Shown in pieces: positions 60,603-64,000 of a DNA stretch of 64,000 bases. The translations under genes were made by a program, and so were the position numbers. The notes below the pieces were generated by a model, which had not been told where the DNA came from, did not search any database, and was given only the letters and a program-made list of their open reading frames with translations. Source of the stretch: an uncultured bacterium (GTDB lineage Bacteria > Pseudomonadota > Gammaproteobacteria > Burkholderiales > SG8-39); assembly GCA_965233185.1 (NCBI GenBank), contig CBDDSA010000199.1, positions 595 through 64,594 on the forward strand. The letters are read 5' to 3'. Each line of letters begins with the position of its first letter. The first letter of the stretch is position 1.

Positions 60603-61781
60603 ATGAGGCCGCTGGACGGCATCACGGTTGTGGCGCTCGAGCAGGTCATCGCCGGTCCGTTCGCCACGCGGCAGCTGGCCGAGATGGGCGCGCGCGTAAT
60701 CAAGATCGAGCGCCCGGGCGGCGGGGATGCGGCGCGCGCCTATGACCGGACGGTGAAAGGGTTGTCCTCGCACTTCGTCTGGACCAACCGCTCGAAGGAA
60801 AGCCTGGCCCTGGACGTCAAGCATCCCGCGGCCACGGAAATCCTGGCGCGCCTGCTGGAGCGGGCGGATGTCTTCCTGCAGAATCTGGCGCCCGGCGCGG
60901 TGGACCGGCTGGGGCTGGGTGCCGCGGCGCTCAGGCGCAGGCACCCGCGCCTGGTCTGGTGCGGGATTTCGGGGTACGGGCCGGCCGGGCCGTACGCCGG
61001 CAAAAAGGCCTACGACCTTCTGGTCCAGTGCGAAGCCGGGCTGCTCTCGGTAACCGGCACCCCCATGGCGCCCGCCAAGGCGGGCATTCCAGTCGCCGAC
61101 ATTGCGGCCGGCATGTACGCTTACTCTTCCATTCTCGCGGCCCTCCTGCGCCGCGCGCGCACCGGCGAAGGCGCCACCCTCGACATCACCATGTTCGAGG
61201 CCCTGGGCGAATGGATGGGCTTCCCGGCCTATTTCACCGCCTATGGCGGCGCCGCGCCGCCCCGCTCGGGCGCTCATCACGCCACCATCGTGCCTTATGG
61301 GCCCTTCGCGGCCGGCGACGGCGGGACGGTGTTCCTGAGCGTGCAGAACGAGCGCGAGTTCGCCCGCTTCTGCGAGCAGGTGCTGCGCCATCCCGGCCTG
61401 GCGGCCGACCCGCGATTCTCGTCCAGCCCGGCGCGCCAGCAGCACCGGGAAGCCCTGCATGCGCAGATCGAGCGGGCATTCGCCTCAATGACGACCGCGG
61501 AGGTGATCGAAAGGCTGGAGCAGGCGGACATCGCCAATGCGCGGCTCAACAGCATGCAGGAGTTCTGGCAGCACCCGCAGCTCGCCGCGCGCGAGCGCTG
61601 GAGCAAGGTAGGCTCGCCCGCCGGCGAGATCGATGCGCTCAAGCCGCCGGCCAACATCAGCGGCATGGAGCCCCGCATGGGACCGGTGCCCGCAGTAGGG
61701 GAGCACAGCGAGGCCATCCTCGCCGAGCTGGGGTACAGCGATCCGCAGATCGCCCGCCTGCGGGACGAAAAAGCGCTCTAG
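60603..61781 (+). CDS. CaiB/BaiF family (family III) CoA-transferase
   Basis: ATG at 60603 (MRPLDGITVVALEQVIAGPFATRQLAEMGARVIKIERPGGGD...). The catalytic Asp lies in the ...KKAYDLLVQCEAGL... context. Confidence 0.9.
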   Translation: MRPLDGITVVALEQVIAGPFATRQLAEMGARVIKIERPGGGDAARAYDRTVKGLSSHFVWTNRSKESLALDVKHPAATEILARLLERADVFLQNLAPGAVDRLGLGAAALRRRHPRLVWCGISGYGPAGPYAGKKAYDLLVQCEAGLLSVTGTPMAPAKAGIPVADIAAGMYAYSSILAALLRRARTGEGATLDITMFEALGEWMGFPAYFTAYGGAAPPRSGAHHATIVPYGPFAAGDGGTVFLSVQNEREFARFCEQVLRHPGLAADPRFSSSPARQQHREALHAQIERAFASMTTAEVIERLEQADIANARLNSMQEFWQHPQLAARERWSKVGSPAGEIDALKPPANISGMEPRMGPVPAVGEHSEAILAELGYSDPQIARLRDEKAL

Positions 61782-62899
61782 GGCTTCTTCGCTACCTCGA
61801 TGCCTGCAGCCTTCGCGAGGTCGCGGTGCACCCGGGCGACGCGCTCCACTTCACCCTTGGCGGGGAAGCGCTCGTAGAAGCCTTCGTCGCGGAACTGGCG
61901 CGCCATATCGGCCCAGGGCGCGAGCCGCTGCTCCCAGCGCCCCACCCGGCCGGCTTCGGGATCGGCGTCCTCGCGCGCAAGGTCCGCACACACCCGCACC
62001 ATCGCCTTGATGGTCACCGGCTTGGTGACCATGTAGTTTTCCTTACCCCAGACCGCCTCCCCGAACACGCTGCGGGCGGCCTTGAAGAAATCACGGATCA
62101 CGGCGTAATAGCGCGGCACTTCCTTGGAGCTTCCCCCGGCGAGCTGGATCGAGCGCCAGCGCCCGCGCACCCAGCGGTGCAGCTCGTTGAACAGCTCCGC
62201 CTGCAGCACCCACTTGTCGCGCTGGCTGCGGCCGCCCAGCCGGTTGATGCGATAGCGCAACGGGCTGTCGCCCTCGCCGTACAGCTTTTCCACCAGCCGC
62301 GCCGCGAACTTGCGGTCGGGCGCTGCGAATGACACCCGGTCGTAAAGGTCCACCAGGTGGCTCTTGTTGATGCGCGTGGGCGTCGAATTGATGATCACGA
62401 ACATCTCGGTCGCAAAATCTTCGCTGCGCCCGTCGAAGATGATGCACGGCACGTTGATGGTGGCCGCGTCGTCCGGGCGCTCATGGAGGTAGAACTGCAG
62501 CGCGGCGAGGCGGTGCTGGCCGTCGATGATGAGGAACTTTTGCGTCGGCTCGTTGATGCTGCCCTGGCCGCCGTCGCCGCTCCCGCGGAACGTCAGCCGC
62601 TCGGAGGTGAACAGCAGCACGGTGCCCGGGATCGGCGGCTGCGAGACCGCGGTCTCGTAGAAGTTCTTGAGCTGACGTACCTTGCCGCGCGACACCGAGC
62701 GCTGGAAAGCCTGGTCGTTGCGCTCGATCTTGGCGATGAACTGGGCGATATCGTCGTCCTGGGCCACGCGCCCGGGCGCAATCTGCTCGCCTTCGCCGTA
62801 GAAGCGGCTGATGAAGCGCACCTTCCCCAGCAGCTCCTTGGCCCTGTAGCTGACGAAGTAGAAAACGCCATCCTTCTGCCGGATCTGCGTCGCTTGCAT
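61778..62899 (-). CDS. DGQHR domain protein (DndB-like, ParB/Srx superfamily)
   Basis: 373 aa with the FQR motif (QAFQRSVSRGKVRQLKNFY) and the eponymous IIDGQHRLAAL motif. An AGGAG SD lies 5 nt before the ATG. Confidence 0.85.
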   Translation of the reverse strand: MQATQIRQKDGVFYFVSYRAKELLGKVRFISRFYGEGEQIAPGRVAQDDDIAQFIAKIERNDQAFQRSVSRGKVRQLKNFYETAVSQPPIPGTVLLFTSERLTFRGSGDGGQGSINEPTQKFLIIDGQHRLAALQFYLHERPDDAATINVPCIIFDGRSEDFATEMFVIINSTPTRINKSHLVDLYDRVSFAAPDRKFAARLVEKLYGEGDSPLRYRINRLGGRSQRDKWVLQAELFNELHRWVRGRWRSIQLAGGSSKEVPRYYAVIRDFFKAARSVFGEAVWGKENYMVTKPVTIKAMVRVCADLAREDADPEAGRVGRWEQRLAPWADMARQFRDEGFYERFPAKGEVERVARVHRDLAKAAGIEVAKKP

Positions 62900-62980
62900 G
62901 GACGCTCCTATTTGACCGCCGGCCCCCCCGGCCGGGCGTGACGCGCCGAATATAAAGGAAAATCGTAAACCGGGCCCGCT

Positions 62981-63721
62981 TTACTGGCAGGCGGCCAGGG
63001 CGAGGGCCTGCAGCACCTGCGCGGTGCGGCGGTTTTGCACGAAGCCGGCCACCCCGGAGCTTTCTGGCTTTGCCCCCGGGACCAGCGGCAGCAGGCGCTC
63101 CTGCAGCCGCCCGGTGGACACGGGAAAAGGTCCCTGCCACTCGAAGACGACGTAGTCGTGCAGGCGGGTCTCATAGGCTGCCATATAGAGCGCCGCGTCC
63201 GCCCGTTGCCCCTCGTCGTGGACATCAACCACCGCGTGTGCCGTCACGCCCCTTGCATCCAGCGCCGCCATCGTCAGCTTGATGCGGGCAGCCGCAGGCC
63301 GGGCATTAATCCGCAAAACCGCCTCTTCGAACGCGGGCGTGCTCCAGCCCTGGAAATGGGCACCCTGCAGCAGCACCTGGGGCGTATAGGTCAACGCCAT
63401 GCGCTGGCGGGGCGTGAGCTTGCGCTGGCGCAGACCGTCCTTTCGACCGAGGTAAGCCCGGTAGTCGATATGCAACGCGATCGGCAGGACGCGGCCGGGG
63501 ACGTAGCCACGCGCACCGAGGCCGGCAAGCCAGCGTTCCGCCCACGGACAGGTGCGACACTCCTGCGACGTATAGAGCTCGACCAGCGCCGCCGTATGCG
63601 CGCCCGACTGCGCAAAGCACCCGGTGGCCTGCGCCGGCGCGAAGTAGAGCAGCGCCAGCAGAAGAGCGAACGCGGCTGCCGGGCCTGCACCCCCAAGACC
63701 GATAATCCGGGCTTGTCCCAC
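62981..63721 (-). CDS. DUF1223 family secreted thioredoxin-fold protein
   Basis: The GTG at 63721 gives a signal peptide (...AAAFALLLALLYFAPAQA), then VELYTSQECRTCPWAERW. This carries the CxxC motif typical of DUF1223. The upstream 93 codons of the ORF are antisense to the MFS gene. Confidence 0.75.
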   Translation of the reverse strand: MGQARIIGLGGAGPAAAFALLLALLYFAPAQATGCFAQSGAHTAALVELYTSQECRTCPWAERWLAGLGARGYVPGRVLPIALHIDYRAYLGRKDGLRQRKLTPRQRMALTYTPQVLLQGAHFQGWSTPAFEEAVLRINARPAAARIKLTMAALDARGVTAHAVVDVHDEGQRADAALYMAAYETRLHDYVVFEWQGPFPVSTGRLQERLLPLVPGAKPESSGVAGFVQNRRTAQVLQALALAACQ

Positions 63722-64000
63722 CCTTTTTTCTTCCTCGCCTCGCTCGTCTGGAATTTCGGCCTCGGCATGACCTGGCTGGTGGTACCGCTGTACGCGGCAT
63801 CGCAAGGCTTGTCGAACGCCCAGATCGGCGCGCTCTTTGCCCTGCCGGTGCTCGTCCAGGCCGCCCTCAATCTGCTCGGGGGCGCGTATACAGACCGCAT
63901 CGGCGGCCGGCGCATCATGCTCGGGTCGTGCTGGGTGATCGTGGTTTCCGCCCTTTGGTTCATCGCCGCCGAAGGGTTCTGGATGCTGATGGCTGGGCAA
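63713..64000 (+). CDS. MFS transporter, N-terminal fragment (continues past the window end)
   Basis: The open frame to position 64000 reads (TTG)SHPFFFLASLVWNFGLGMTWLVVPLYAASQGLSNAQIGALFALPVLVQAALNLLGGAYTDRIGGRRIMLGS, which carries MFS motif A. The start is uncertain: TTG 63713 or ATG 63767. It is not in the ORF track because there is no stop within the window. Confidence 0.7.
   Translation, partial: MSHPFFFLASLVWNFGLGMTWLVVPLYAASQGLSNAQIGALFALPVLVQAALNLLGGAYTDRIGGRRIMLGSCWVIVVSALWFIAAEGFWMLMAGQ

Noticed and set aside
63722-64000. The upstream 93 codons of ORF 62981..64000 (MPSHQHPEPFGGDEPKGG...), considered as part of the DUF1223 protein.
   Set aside because: - The stretch is antisense to a convincing MFS N-terminus on the plus strand.
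- The DUF1223 signal peptide starts at the internal GTG at 63721.

Overview
High-GC chromosomal segment (about two-thirds G+C by eye). By gene order it is most likely betaproteobacterial and Burkholderiales-like; this is inferred from the lpxC-DUF721-M23-secA-argJ-DUF815-mutT-yacG-zapD-coaE-pilD-pilC synteny and a Bug/TctC binding protein. I call about 68 protein-coding genes, almost all tightly packed and often with ATGA-type start/stop overlaps.

Layout:
- 1-11 kb: one long minus-strand array, rpsP-rimM-trmD-rplS-ribBA-ribH-nusB-thiL-pgpA-cinA-like-AmmeMemoRadiSam-MFS. ffh and an inserted class III cyclase lie upstream of it.
- 11-17 kb: ypjD-like, CNNM/CorC, pilC-pilD-coaE-zapD-yacG.
- 17-24 kb: Nudix/ThiE fusion, DUF815 ATPase, argJ, secA, M23 peptidase, DUF721.
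- 24-42.5 kb: a complete canonical dcw cluster, mraZ through ftsZ, then lpxC.
- 42.6-64 kb: an accessory-looking metabolic region. It holds scoAB, a 5-gene Bug/ADH/CMD/HIBADH/M24 operon, an Ldh_2-MlaE-MlaD-lipoprotein operon with no ATPase, a sugar-acid dehydratase/aldolase/reductase cluster, a family-1 encapsulin with an encapsulated-ferritin cargo, a TAXI-TRAP transporter, a hairpin-rich GC-poor spacer, a family III CoA-transferase, an orphan DGQHR (DndB-like) protein, DUF1223 and a partial MFS.

I found no rRNA, tRNA, CRISPR array, transposase, integrase or compositional island.

The items most worth follow-up are:
- the encapsulin/EncFtn pair
- the cyclase wedged between ffh and rpsP
- the ATPase-less Mla-like operon coupled to a dehydrogenase
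- the orphan DGQHR gene
- the fused AmmeMemoRadiSam system
- the structured 240-nt spacer at 60.06-60.30 kb

All family assignments are by-eye motif recognition on the supplied translations, and no database search was run. Coordinates of non-coding elements may be off by 1-2 nt.
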